Source: Kudoa neothunni
Taxonomy: Eukaryota > Animalia > Cnidaria
Length of the DNA stretch: 64,000 nucleotides
Direction of reading: 5' to 3'
Assembly (NCBI GenBank): GCA_964304625.1
Contig: OZ199838.1
Location: 9,079,245 to 9,143,244, forward strand
Below, in pieces: positions 13,337-28,100 of the stretch; position 1 is the stretch's first letter, and each line of letters starts with the position of its first letter. A model generated the notes under the pieces. The model did not search any database and was not told the origin of the DNA. It saw nothing but the letters and a program-made list of their open reading frames with translations. Position numbers and translations under genes: made by a program.

Positions 13337-14021
13337 ATGAAGTCCGAGAGTGAAGAAGGAAAGAACTTCTATTTTAAAATGATATTTCTTTTTCTGAACC
13401 TAGTAGGAAGTGGTTTTTTGTTCTCAGGTATATTCACAGCAGAATCTACTATTGGGATGCACTCTAACAGAACCACGTTGTTTTATGTGGGCATTTGGAG
13501 AATATGTGGAGGCGTAACAACTAGAGGCCTTCCGCTAGAAGGGTTAAAAAGACACCAATGCGTGCTGTATCATTCAGAGAGTTTCAACAACATAATAAAT
13601 AGTATTATAAAGCTGTGTTGGCATTTATGTTAATATCTGCATAATTTAGTGTCACTAATTGAACCAAGAATCGCATCAATAATTAATATATTCCTTTGTT
13701 GTTTGACAACAGTATTCACGATTATACCTTTGATTTCAACGGAAAAAATGAAAAACCTCGCTATAAAACAAAGTGGAATATTTGCAGCTGTCGTAGTTCA
13801 GCTCGTAATGAGTAAAATTTTTTATTCGGTTCCATCAAATAGCTACATATTAGATTTTCCATTTCTTACAACGTTACTGCTTACGACACAAAACAAACCC
13901 ATGGATGACGTTGACCGCCACCTATGAATATGGATTCAGTTATTATGCGCTGTTGACTTCGTTTATCATGTTTAATATTTTATCCGTATTGGAAATAACC
14001 TACTCCAAATATTTCACATAA
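13337..14021 (+). CDS. Claudin/PMP22/EMP-family four-pass membrane protein (3 exons)
   Basis: TM1 is followed by a GIWRIC...C extracellular-loop signature and two central hydrophobic segments, then YEYGFSYY before TM4. Two introns of about 48 nt join the frames; stop TAA at 14019-14021. Confidence 0.8.
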
Positions 14022-14374
14022 ATAAATAATTCATCTCAATTGTTTGGATCCGTGTTTTTCCCATTTTAAAATAAATTTACTGTTTTATTAGTAGTTGAAA
14101 ATAACGCACCACAAATCCATCATCACACATTCAATCAACCAGAGCTCATGTGTAATCCTCACCTTTATTACAGTAAATTAAATTTGAATTTCATAATTTC
14201 CATCTTTAATAAAGAAAATTCTAAATAATAAGCAAAGTAAGTTGTGATAGTTTGCGTTAATGGTGTAACAGAATAGAAACAAATTTTTTCGATTATAAAT
14301 GAAGCGCTAGACAGGAACTATAGTTATTGATACAGTAGCCATAACTTCAAGAGTAAATAAGGTAAAATTCAGGT

Positions 14375-17300
14375 CTAAAAATTCGAGTGAATGGTGTGAT
14401 GAATTGTATGATATCGCCAGATTTTTATGAGGTCAAAATGAATTGATTCATCATATGTTAGGTTGGAACAATACCTATACAATTAAGAGAGTTGGCAACC
14501 ACAATACATTTTTGTCTAATATAAAAGATGGAGTAGAGTACCTGAGGTTACTTTTGGATTGGCCTTGTAGATTGACATAAGGATAGGGAAAGCTTTTACT
14601 CACTTGTCGCCCGTAGCAAAATTTAACTGAAGCATCAATCACACTAAGAATGACAGAACATTTTCCAGGACACTTGTGTGAGTGATCTTCTAAAGCAGAG
14701 AAGTCGCTATTACACTCTGCACATAAACAAATCCATTCATGACATATTAGACACAATCCAGTATCGTCTTTTCTACGATATTTTTTGTTGCAAATTTTTT
14801 GTCTGTTTAAAAGTAAAGTTGTTACAATTTTATTTAAAAAGAAAACAGGACTTGTCAGCCATGGCCATTGCTATAAGGTCCAGGTGTTTATGAGGAAGTA
14901 CAGCCAACGGAAAACTTTCAAACACAAACCTAAAATTTTTATAATAATACTTAGATAGGTTATATTACGTAAATGTAGTCCATAATATTGGGGCACGTGT
15001 TATGAATTCATTTGGAGGGAAAGTTGTACGACTTTTCCATCTATGTAAACAAAAGTGTAACGACAATAACTGCGTCGTGATATGAGTAAGATTCGAAAAT
15101 ACTCAGGTACGAGTGTAGCAAAACAATTTGAGGTAGTCATCAGCTGGTAAACATACAAAGTGAAATCTTGTGGCAGATCCAAAACTTTGATGAGGCCAAG
15201 GTATTCCTGTACCATATCAAAATCGGGTTTGACTTCCTTTTCTATTATTTAGTTTTAGTGGTTTTGTCATTTAAATATAAAAAATTGCTATTATATGGCA
15301 AATGATAGAAAAATTGAATTAAACAAATCTATTTTATTACCTTAACCAACATCAGAATAAAAATTAATTATTAGAATTATTATCACAAAAATTAAGATGA
15401 ATATTTTTTAATTAAACGGACAAACATACCCCTATTATAATTGAAGCTTTGATCATGAATAAGCTGGAAAAAGATGGTGGTGGATCGAAGAAAGGGAACA
15501 ATTAAGGTGAGCCATTTATAAAAATAGTGATATTTGAAATCATCTTCGATTTTTGTTCCATTCAAAGAGTAGAACAATGTAACAAAGCTATCAATGATAG
15601 AATCCGAAAAATTGTTCTTCACCTTTTCCAAATCTTCGTCCTCCACCATTTTCACGTTAACGTCAGGAATATTTTCACAGTACACAAGTAATTTGATAGA
15701 TTGAACCGTGTGTAAGGTGTAGAAAAGTGTCGCGCAAAATTTTTCAATGTCTAAAACATGGAACATATTTGGCGACAATTTGTGCACGGCTTTCAACTTG
15801 CCCACTCTGATTAGCGAAACCAAACAAACATAAACCACTGTCATGGTTTTGAAGTAGTCAACATGGTAGAGAAAGTTTGAGTGTTGATTAGTTATCACAG
15901 ATCGAAGCTGTTTCAACGAATCGACAAAAATATTAGCAAATTCGTTGTAGTCACTGAAATTAAAACCGTAGGACTGTGCAAGAAAAACCACATATTTTAT
16001 GATGTATCTTAGAGGATTGATTCGATAGTTATCAAAAATACTGTCATTCAAGAGTGTTAGATAATCCACTCTGGTATTAACTTCGTAACATTGAATGGAG
16101 TAGACCATTGAGGTTAAAAGTAAGTAGATTCTAGATGAATCTGTTTGTTGAGAGCTATCAATTTCTGCGAATTTGATAAGGTTAGAAAAGACGCTTTCTG
16201 GTTTAAACGAATGGAAGGGATCGCTGGTGAGAGATTGTGAGGCATTTAGCTCCTGGTCATTGTCGAAATCAATCTTGTCTAAGGCATCCATATAGTAATT
16301 GAATTGTTGAAGTTGATCGAGAAAATCAAACCTTTTGCCAGAATCTTGATCACTTTTGCTCGAACAATTTAATCGATTTAAAACAACACATGGGATAGGA
16401 GTATTTTGTTGTGAATAGCAGAGAGGGCAATTGAAACTCAACAAACTCGAATCATTGAAAACAGTTTGAAACGCACCCAGATGAGTGTTATGGCTTGAAA
16501 AAACATGACATATGTGAAAAATGTCCACATCCACCAATATGAATTCCACCTGGTCTATGCGGTAACGACACAGACAATCGATTAAAACCTATAAATACTA
16601 AAAACCAATATCCATCAAAAAATCTACCATAGGATTGTGCTGCATATAAACATCTAAAAGTTGGGTCACGATCTGCTGCGTACTCCTCATCAGCATGGAA
16701 CAACAAACTGTTCGAATGAATGTAATTTCCAAAAATATTGGAAGTTGACATGAAACACAGAATCATATGATCAGATAATGTGAAAAGAATTTCCTCTTCA
16801 CTGCTACACAAACCCATATGATTTTCTTCTTGACATAAGATACAATTTAATGCAACTTTAGTATTAGCACAGCTGTCTGCTGACAAGGATTTTTTGTGGC
16901 CAATCAAAGGAACGTTTTCAGTGCATACTGAGTTTCTATATAAACAGACCGCATTAATGCCCGTAGGTCGTTGGAATTTTTCAACAAAAAATATACCGAA
17001 TTTTTTCGTTTTCTATTTCGATTGATTCTAAAAATTGACGAGCTTCTTCATTTTTTTCAATAAAGTTTTTTTGCATTTTCTTCATGCGTTCAAGTGCAAG
17101 TTTTCTGTGATCAACTTTGGGTTTCTGTGAGGACGGTATCGATTGTGTGATTTCAATTTGACCGCTAGATGATTCCTGCATTTCAATACCAAACCATTGA
17201 TAAGTTGAATCCAAAATCTATTCGCAACCACAAATCATCATCAACCAACACAGTAGTATTAACATTACATTGATAAGCTGGTTGTAAAGTAATTTGGTGG

Positions 17301-20300
17301 TGAGTGTAAATGAAGACACATCAAATCCACGCAGAAGAGATAAAATATTATCTTGTGCGTTGTTTCCACTTGGAGTATGAACAAAGAATGATTTCAACAT
17401 ATGGTTAGCGTTGTCATAGGAGTTTTCGATGAGACAACTCGCATCATTAACCACCAAGTAACAAATGTGGACAATCTAAATATTTAATACAAAAGACAAT
17501 AAATAAAGATCGTTTAGTGTCAAACCTACAATTGAAATGCATTGCTGATCTAGTGGAACAATTTTATGAATTTGGAGCGATCTGATAATCATTTCATTGA
17601 GGTGAGAATTGGCGATAAAGGCAAACATGTTTTCACCTAATGTTCCTGAAATAAAAGGAAGCGTGTTGAGCCCTCCTATTTTGTCAGATTATTGCAGTAA
17701 AATAAAAAAAATTACCTCGATACTCAGTCAAATTATTTTTCTTGATTTGATTCTCAAGATAGGTTTCAACCTAGAAATTGTTTCAAACATCACAAACAAG
17801 CCAAATATACATTGTATATCTCTGAATTGTTGTAATAGATTGAGAATATATTAACGTGTGAAAGAAATTCAGGTTTTAGAATATATCTTTCGATATTTTC
17901 AAATGCCGACATTCTAAATGAACAAAGTAGATATTAAGCTAAGTTGTCACATAAGGATGATTCATATTTAGGAGCGGCTTATATTTGAACACAAAAAATA
18001 TTAAAATATGCAATAAGAAACTGATTTAAAATTAAATATCGATTCAGAACTTTTAAATTATGTGGCTCAGATTTTTCAATGTTTTCCTATGTAAGTTTCA
18101 AGTGTATTTTGGTCGGAATGAGAACAGATAAACAATCTAGCTTACAATCTGTATACAAAATACGAAAATTAAAAATATTTTTATTTTTTACTTTTTTTGG
18201 TAAATAAATAATACACAAGCGATACATCGTTGATTTTAAATAAAAAATAATAAAATTTTTAGACGTCAATATAACAATCACACGGACTGACATGTGACAG
18301 AATAAGTACATTATACATAGCATATTAAATTATAAATTTATTTTAGTTATATTATTTTTATCAAAAACTCAAATATTAACATGAGATTTCTTAAATGCGA
18401 GAGATCCCAAGTAATTGGATTATAAGAATTATTTGTAAAATTAATATTTATAATTAAAAACTGTAAATTATTGGGTAAATATTTAACTTAGAAATACATT
18501 AATGTCAAAAATATAATCCACGCTATATAGACTGCAACTTAATCGTATATTTGAAAATTTAAAATCAATATTTAAGCATTTATATACGCAAGCTCAAACG
18601 CAACCGATATATTTCATACCTAACATCAAATAGATGGGCGATGATTTTTTCCAGAGAGGAGTAACGAAACTCAATACCAAGCTATATAACCACATGTGAA
18701 TGAAATGGGCATATTTAGAGAAAATTCAATACCCTTTCACAAATCTTTGTGTACAAGTCTTCATAGTGATCAATGGTAGCTAGGTAGTGAGAGCAATGAT
18801 GAATAAACACATCGTAAATAATCTCATCATGATAAGATTCATCGTTCGAAGAAGTGTTATTTTCGTAGATGAATTGATTATGGCGGTTAGCTATATATGT
18901 GAATGATCTACTAGAAAATGCAAATACGGCAATTACTTGCCACCTGATAAATCGTCACATAAAACCACTGAATTAGATTATTGAATTTTTCTATCTAAGC
19001 ACAGACAAATTAATAAGAAATTTATAACAAATTATAAAGCTATACTTTAGCCTTATCTGATGCAAGTAGTCGTTCATATTCAGCCCAGCTATATAAACAG
19101 GATTCAATATCATATTTAGGCATATTGTTAGCTATAATAATATACAATATGCTGTAATTCGTAAAGTAGCATTCGCGGAAATAAATGAAAAGAGTTATGG
19201 GATCAGAGGTTTCCACGGAAACCTAAAATAAAACATTTTAATTAATAAAGGAAACTCATAAAGAAATAGAAAATAATACCTGTAAACTTAGTCTATCCAA
19301 TGTAGATCGGAGATAACAATTTCCAGGTTTAACATAGATATTAGTCTTTTAGAAGTAAATCAATTAAAAACTTGTCTGAAAAATATATTTAGAGTTTCGT
19401 GTATTTACCAGTATATTATGAAGAGTGTCATGTGAGGTAGAGAGAAATCTGCAAGAATCCTGGTAGTATATTGCAATAGTATCAAAAGATTGTCTGAAAA
19501 AATCGAGTGATGTGAAGTCAGAGTTCTACATAGTAGCTCGTCAAAAATGTGAATAATGTAAAGAAAGAAATTATTTACATGAAATAGTTGTGGATTTATA
19601 AAATCAGAGACTTTTAGATTGAAAATGTGGCAACGTAGCAATAATACTAATGTAAATGTTATTCACACACATATTTATCATAATGTAAATCATATATAAG
19701 TTTTACATGTGATATAACGCAGAAGAATTTTCATGTAATGAAAATTCTTGATACTAAGAAAGTGCTCATTCATCATAGTATTGGTGAAACCTAAGCGGAT
19801 GTAAAATAAGAATTGATATTCAAAAAAATTAATATTAGTCAAAAAAATAGTTCAAAAAATTCAAATCAGAAAATTGGAAACATGATGAATTAAATTTGTA
19901 ATTAAGAATACTGAAACCGGCATTCTAATGACAATATGCCGTAAAATATTCAGATTATTATTTAATAATTATTAATGGCAGAAAAAATGTTAATTTATTG
20001 GTAAGATTTTATAAATTTAAATATAAAAATTTGACATAAAAATAATATAGTCCCAAAAAATCCCCCTTTATTTGTTTTATTAATCATAAAAGGTCTTATT
20101 TGTAGTTGGTAAGATTTAAGATATATAAGCGTGCAAAAATAAAAACTTCTAAAATAAATGTAAAGAATTTTCAGAATTTTTAATAAAGAAGTTGGATTTT
20201 ATTTAATTACAAATTTTTCTAAAAAGCAAAAACGACAATTACTCCCAAAACAGATTGGAATTATACATCTGATGTATCATATTATATCCGAATTTAATAC

Positions 20301-23300
20301 GAAATTCTAATTTATTACATTACATTTCATTAAATTAAATTAAAATATATTCAGTAATCGAAAATATGCGGTTGAGCTAAAATTTCTAGAAAGTTAAAAC
20401 GCACATTAAATATTCTATCTCTGCGCATAAGGACTAAATTACTGATCCTATGTTGGGAAAAATTCAAAATTACAACCCGACACGGCACGACATCAAAGAA
20501 CTACAATTAAATTCTTATGCTGAATTTTTGTAGAATAAAGCTAAAGGGTTACATATGCTTAAAATACGCCCCGAAGACACAAAACCAAATAACCAGATAT
20601 TTTATAGCAATACTTTATACCAGAGATGCAAAACTAACTAAACTATATTTTAAAGTAATACTTACGCACCTCAGACACAAAACTAACTAATCGAATACTT
20701 TACGGTAATACAGTGACTTATGGGTCGTACGAAATATCGCAATAAAACGTAAAATAATGATTATATAGAAAATTTAATTTGTACTCTATAAACTTCATAA
20801 CATAAGTAACATATTTCCTCGATTTGACATTAGAAAAATTAAAATATCAATAGTTATCATGTATTTTTTGTGTCGTGCGTAATGATTTCTTTTTCATAAC
20901 TACGAAAATTAAGGCTTGTGCGTCAACAGATGGTAATAAAATTTCAACTTTATCCGAAAAGATGAAATTATAAAATTTTATCAAAAAGTAGTGAATAAAT
21001 CAAACGCTAAACCTGAAATAATGAAAATCTTTGGTGTAAAAATCAGGTCTGCATTGAATACTATTATAACTATTTAAACTGATTGATTTAATATTACAAC
21101 GATTGTTCTATTCAAAAATAATAAAAACTCTCAAAGGGAGAAATATGGATCCTGATCTACGAGTAGAAGAGTGGATTGAACTGATGAGGCAAATTAGATA
21201 GAAGATCCTCAATATGTTGCTATTAGTAAAACTAATTAATTCCTTATGATGTCTCAAAACCAACATCTGTATCTATTGGTTGGTTTACGGCTTTATAAAG
21301 ATTTAGCAATTTGCACAATATATTTTTTGATGAATCTTCAAATTTTAAATCATGTTGGATCACCGATTACTCAAAATATTAATCTACAGTAAGGTCTCGA
21401 TACTGCGAGGTTCGATATAGGTAGTCGACATTTTTTTAAAGTTCTATAACTATCATTGTAACCTTTTCGATGTATATAGGTTTATACTCTAGAGTTATAC
21501 CCAAAAATCCGAAATAACATTTAAAAAACGCATTTTTTGTAAAATTCAGGGTCTTGCTACTGGACAGCGGCTACTTCCAATTTTAATCCGATTAATCCAT
21601 TAAAATACACAGTCGGACGCTCGGTATTGTGAAAGAAATAAATTTTGGTAAAAAAATTGGATTTATTCAATATTATGATTCAATTACCTCAATCCGAAAT
21701 GCCAAAAAATTGCTCTATTGCGCCTGATAATATCATGAATTTTGTTGTGAGTTTTATTCAAATTAAAAATAGTTACACTTCTCTGAATAGAATTTTATCT
21801 AATAAATCTGATATAATGAACTCCAACGTTGTTTCCCTCAGTAAACGAATTCAATTAAAACATACATCCAACTTCAAATTGCGTTATATGGTCGGATAGT
21901 GTCAGAATACCAAAAAAGACAAATATTCTAGAGTTTATATCACTTAGAAGGAAAAACATTTTGCTAACGATCTTAAATCACTAGTTTAAGTGGGAACAAA
22001 GGTTTCCTTAAAAATTTTAAGGTTCACTGTTGTATAAAAATTCATTCTTCGCGGAGAAGGAGGGAAGTTGATGATAACATTGTTAACGATTAGGTAATCA
22101 AATTTTATTAGGTAAAAAGTAGATATGAAAAAGAAAGCATTAAATTTAGATGAGACCTCTCTTCTCTAAGAACAATGCACTAAACGAACATATGATATAA
22201 AGGAGTTGAATTAAATGGAAATGAAACAATCACAAAGTGCTTAATTTATAGGGACAAAATTTCCACATAGTTTCATTGGTAAATTTAAAGAGACCCCCGT
22301 ATAAAAGGAATTTATGAATTTCCTGTTAAATATTAATAATCCAAAAATGGTTGGATATCTTCAACTAACTACTTGATATTTTGAAAACTCTTGATAAAAA
22401 GTTCGTGAAAGATGAAGAAAAATTCGTACATTATTAGATTGATGGCTTTCACATCTTTAATTTAATAATCTAAACCAGGTGGATCATTTTTTCGTTGAAA
22501 AATAAAAAATTTATTCTAATGACGCAAGCGCGAACCATCGATATCGGCGGTGGTTTCTTATTGGGCAGTAAAAGCTCAGGCCCCGATTTAGTTCGCAATA
22601 TCGAGACCTTACTGTAAATAAGTATGTTAGATGAGCAGAACAAAATCTAATTTTAAAATTTTGTGTTTATTTTCACATGCGCAAAGCTGTGTCCTGCCTG
22701 ACGATGTTGATTTCCCTTGATTACGCACGACCCATAAGTCACTTACATAGAATAGATATTCCATCAGAATCGAATTTACATATCATCTTAATTTTTTTAA
22801 TATATATTACTTATGAAAAATTAAGTTTTTCATCACCTAATTTTGATACATTATAATTTACAGTTATCAGAAAAATTTTTAACCCAGAATTAACATTTTT
22901 TTAAATTAAGTCATACTAGCTTTTTAAACCATAACATTAATTAATACTAGTTTTATTATAAAATTAAATAATTTGAGATTTTTGGATGAATGTTAAATAA
23001 TGATTTAAATTTAAAACAAGTGCACCCTAACTTTATTCATTCGAAAATTAATTTAACGATCAACAATGTTTTCACAAAAACATGTTATACAAAGTAGAGA
23101 GTGAAATTTATACGGCATTCACTTATTTATTAAGAATCACGCGAAATTTACCATCGTTATTAGCATTGGTACTTTCGTTTTCATCGTATGAGTTGTCATA
23201 GTAGGATTCAAAAATAGTATTGTCTTGTTTTTGTGTAGAGCTGTGTCTCGGATATTGTATTTTGTTGAAAAAATCTATTGCATAATTTACACAACGTTTA

Positions 23301-25982
23301 TAGAGTTGTTCCTAATAATAAAGTCAGGGTGAATAAGACAGATTAAACAACAACTATATTCAACTATATAAATCAACACCTACATTAGAACATATCCAGC
23401 AATACAATCGATACAGCACATCTTCTATAAGGACGATATAAGCAGACGCACCGTCATATAGATGATGTCTTCTAAACTGGGTCGAATGTAAAACGTGTGT
23501 AGGTAAATCCTAGTTCAGTGGATAAGAAGCCTATTAAGAATACAACAAATTACCGTATCCTCGAAAAGATGTTCAACCAAAATAGTGAAGCTTTGATAGA
23601 TGGGTTCATGAAACGAATCAGTCCATTCCGAAGGTGAGGGGCAGTGCAACAGAATATCACTTAGCAATAAATATTTCGATAATCGACATTAGATAAAAAT
23701 ACCTTGCGTGAGATATGCAATCTTGGATAGCAATAGCAAGATTGTTCCATCCATAATTTACTCGTATACCTAATATAATTAATAATTAATTATTCTTATA
23801 ATAAATATTACTATTATTATTAAATATTATTAGTAATAGTAATAATGGTGTACAATTTATTGAATAATGTAAAAATTACTTAATTCTCCCAATACAGTGA
23901 TTAAACCTTGTAATATTTTTGTTTGTTGTATCGCAAACCACGCCTTAATTCAAATGAAGTAAACTAAATAAACACGAACGAGCACACAATCCCTTACAAC
24001 AGTTTTTGCAGTGAAAATTTGAACGAAAATATTCAAAATCTAGAAAATAAACAAAAAATACAGATTATGATATTAGTTAAAGTTATAATTACCGAGTAAT
24101 CATGACTGTGGTCATCACTGAATTCTTGAAGGTACAAAGTTTTACATTTCTATTATTTATGTTACTTTGGGCAGACGAATTTAGGTAGAAAATCACTTTA
24201 GAATATATTTCAGCAAATTTAAGTTTGATTGGTTCAAGTGGAAGGATTCTGTCGAAGATTAAACATGAAAATCTAGTCAAATAATCTATAAGGCTAAGTT
24301 ACGCTAATAATAGATTGATTCGAGTGGCCAAACGAATCTCTGGAATTTTTGTTTACATTTCATAATCAACAAATACACTTGAAATACCTTTCCACAGATT
24401 GACATTTTGATAGATGAAAAATGCTGCAACCGAGGGAGCAATGTCGTTTGTGTAACTGACAAATTCGCTATTGTGGATCCATTCGGGTTGAGCGCACCAT
24501 TCAAATATGTTTCTGTCGACAGGATTTACAACAGTTTCACCCACCATCATTCGAACCTTGTCTAAATTCAAATAATTATAATGACAAGATCTTAATATAA
24601 ATGAGAAGAAAGAGAGTATGTCAAATACCGGAATAACTGCAAAGCTTTCCAATGAATTTAATGAGATATTTCAACAAACGGAGTTTAAAGTAAAATTTGT
24701 AGGTAACGACACTCGACAATAGAGGCGCCTTATTGTATTCATTGGTGTAAAATGTCTTTATTTAAAATAAATTAAAGAAAAACTATCTAAAGATACTTCA
24801 AGTCGTCTCATCACATTGCAGCAATCCTCATAATCATTTTTGTTGTAAACGATTCCAATTCCCTATCACAAACGATGTAGCAATATGCATAATCGATATT
24901 TTAATGTTTGAGCTTTATATTAGAAAATTCCATAAATAAAATATTTTCATTACATATTTGTCAATGTATGTGGCGAACAGCTCAGCAACATCTTTCGAGC
25001 AATTTGTCACATTACTCAGAGAATCAATAACCTAAAAATGAATTTTGAAGATAAAACCAGCAACATTTATACTTCTCTATATGTGTGGCTTTCGTCATTA
25101 AATACCACAACCACATAATTATCACTGGGTGGAATATCTGATGGTGTTCTAGGAGAATTATTGTTGCTGTTCACACTATAATAACGATATTGAATCGAAA
25201 GCAGAATTAATGTGATCGATTTAAACATACGAGAGTTCAGACTTTGTTTGATCTTTGTATTTTTTCAGTTGAAAAAAGACGTTCAAAATATAAATGAACA
25301 AATAGTTGACTGTAACGCTAATTCTCCGCCTCAAAGCATCATCCAATTCATGACTCTAAAAATCATGTCTTCATCGTTGATCTTTAACTGAATTTATTAC
25401 AGAACGGTTTTCCAAATGAAAAGCGCACGTAGGCTCACTGGTCCATGCCTCTTTATCTCCACAATCACAATAACCACCATTGCCAATAGATCTATAACTC
25501 TATACCGATTTTTTAAGTTTATTTTCTACAAATTCACAATAACAACTCTATAGGTATGAGATGAATGAGCGGAACGTCTGAAGCATTCCAAACAAAATGA
25601 GCACGTTTCATCCATACAACAGTCACTAATTGTAATAGTTATATTGGTTGATGAGTTGATAATGTGGTGTATTCGGGTCGAATAATTTTAATTACACGCA
25701 TCTAAACACCAGGTCTCCATCACGAAACAATTTAGCACAAAATGTGCTAGTTGAAGGCGGCGGAGAATTTTCTTCCCATGTAGTGCCAAAAATAATTTTC
25801 TCAATATCACTCAAAATCTCACCATTTACTGCAACTTTGTTGAGTTTAAAGAGACAGTCATGGCGTTCCACCAAACTATTATCAACCACATATGTAGAAA
25901 TAAGGTCATCTACGTTATTCCTCCACTCTTCCAGCTTATTTATCAACTCGATTACAGTTTTATTAGGGTCAGTTAATTCCAT
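14375..25982 (-). CDS. UBR1: E3 ubiquitin ligase UBR1/UBR2 (N-recognin); many short introns and one TE-filled intron of about 3.4 kb
   Basis: UBR box (CAKLF...FRCVDCCMDETCSFCLECF...H..H...GGYCDCGDKEAW...C..H), ClpS-like domain (VVFNDESHTYREV), LWK...DDH...VQIFT block, KMQKNF, RING (CILCQEE...CGHFSHMSC...FNCPLC) and C-terminal CLIC...C...H...C...PYVN. Stop TAG at 14375-14377. UBR1 and UBR2 cannot be distinguished. Confidence 0.93.
20711..22743. mobile_element. Tc1-like non-autonomous element in the large UBR1 intron
   Basis: Inverted termini TA|CAGTGACTTATGGGTCGTACG and CGCACGACCCATAAGTCACT|TA. Confidence 0.7.
21387..22614 (+). mobile_element. pogo/Tigger-like transposon nested in the Tc1-like element
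   Basis: Termini CAGTAAGGTCTCGATACTGCGA / TCGCAATATCGAGACCTTACTG with TA flanks. Remnants SGNKGFLKNFK...GE and NLDETSL match the CENP-B HTH to DDE junction. Confidence 0.85.
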
Positions 25983-26989
25983 TATTAGTTAACAGTGTTA
26001 GGCGTGTAGATACTGGCTTTGGTCCACAGCGCTTATTCAGTTTCCGGAATTTACCGATTAACTAAAATTAAACGATTCCCATATTTGTTTTTAAACCAAT
26101 TTCTCGGTATTCCTTATTGCAATAGATCTTAGATAAAATCTTCTAATTGCCCAACCTTCTTGTAGTAGGTAAATAACTTTAAAGTCCAATTTTGGTCATG
26201 TATTTTGTTAGAATTATTATTTAAGTGATTAATATCAAAATATTAAGGAATTTAAAGGTCAGTTTTTGGTTACAAATGAGAATCAAAACTTAATATGCGC
26301 TTGCGCTGTACATGATCTTTTAACGAGATTAAGATATGCTATATGAATGATTATTGCATTTAAATCAAAATTAAATGACTCATTTTTATTTTTAAAGCAA
26401 TTAATTTTTATACATTAATTATGTTAATGGGAGGAACTTGCATTGAGTCTAATTACCGAATTTTTCATCTAAATTAGCCGGTGCCAAGGTCAAATCCTTT
26501 AATAATACAGTAAAGTCATTTTCGCCTTTTTAAACGGTTAATACATAAATGTCTCGATATTGCACAATAGTTCTTTATTCTTAAAAAATTAAATAATATC
26601 AAGTATCGGTGCATGCGCAATGATGCCATTCATTTTACAATAAATTATTCTGGTTTAAAGTGTCTAGTTTTTTTTCAAAATTATTATTTTACTTAGTTAA
26701 TAGATTTCATGCGTAGAAATTTTGTTTTAGAAACAAACTTATGAATGAATTTAATTGGATTATATAATTCAGAGCGTGAAACTGTTTCGCTTTCATATAT
26801 CTCAAAATTATTCACATCGTCACATGTATAAAAATCAGTCAGTTATTTCGGGAAACTTTTTATCAGTTTATTGTTTTCAGTTTCGGGATTTTAAGCTATG
26901 TTCAAGTTATTAATTTAGTCATCTGATGAAATTATTAACACTAAGAATGTCCAACAATTGTATTTATTCCTAAAATTGACTGTATTTTT

Positions 26990-28100
26990 AAATAGATTAA
27001 TATTTTAAAAATTTTGGAGAAGGAAAAATAATTCCATATCTACCTATTAGGTCGAAAGTTCTCGGATGTTTAATGTATTTTTGTTCGAAATTTAACATGT
27101 ATTGGCCAAATTTAATGAGTCTGGGCAGTAAAACTTGTTTTGTTAAACTGTAGGAGACAATACATAATCTAATTAACATTAATTTTAAAAAAACTTTACA
27201 TTATTCCAATATAAATGAGTTGAATAAAGCTCTAGGTGTTGTATGGAGCAAAAAGTGATATACCAATATAATTTAAATTTATCTCTGGATGTAAAAAACG
27301 TTGATCTGAGGTATAAACCTTTCTATGTTGATCGGAAATATTCCGATACAAATCCTTCCAAATTCGAAAAATATTTTATAGAAAAATAATTTGTTTCCTT
27401 TATTGGTTAAATTTTTTAATTTAATCGATGAAAGATAGAAAAACTTTACCTTACAAAGAAACATGGAATCAATTCCTAGCGAGGTTACATCCTTCATATA
27501 ATGCTTATATCATTTTAAAATTTGATTGTTTATGATTTGTTAAAAAGATTGTCAACCAATTTTTTTAAAATTAAGCCTTTTCATCTAATATTAGTATATT
27601 TTTTGGTATTATAGCTGAAAAGTTAAATTTTAAGTTGTGGGTATCATAAATTTCAGAGCATTCGCTCATAGATGTAATTTACTGTTCTTGCCCTAAAAAG
27701 GAGTTTATCATTCGAAACCAAAACTCTATGTTCATTGAGATAATTGATAAACATGTTTATGACATGAAATTTTGAAATTTTAGTGATTGAGAAACCGAGA
27801 AATATTTTCAACTCATTCCTAATCATAACTACCCTATTTAGGTTATAATTTTCTAATGATTTCAATTTCATCAATGAAATAATTTTTTAGATAAACAAAA
27901 TTTTAATTTGTGATAATAAACATTTTAAATAAGAAATAGACCTATGAATGAATGAGCTTAAATTATTGGAACTACAATATGCAACCTTCACTTGGCTGGT
28001 TAAAACGCTTCTCATTCACACATTTTTAGCGTCAAATTTATTTGGTTGATTTAGCTGATTGTATAACTCTATTTTTCTTCCCGATACTTCGTTAGGATCT
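26990..28100 (-). mobile_element. Decayed transposase-like remnant, possibly P-element/THAP9-type
   Basis: Collinear broken minus-strand ORFs. FDLIGRYGIIFPSPKF resembles the P-element RGGLxxPS motif, and LEGF...RST.KGLY resembles LExFFxxxRxxGG. Termini not established. Confidence 0.35.
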
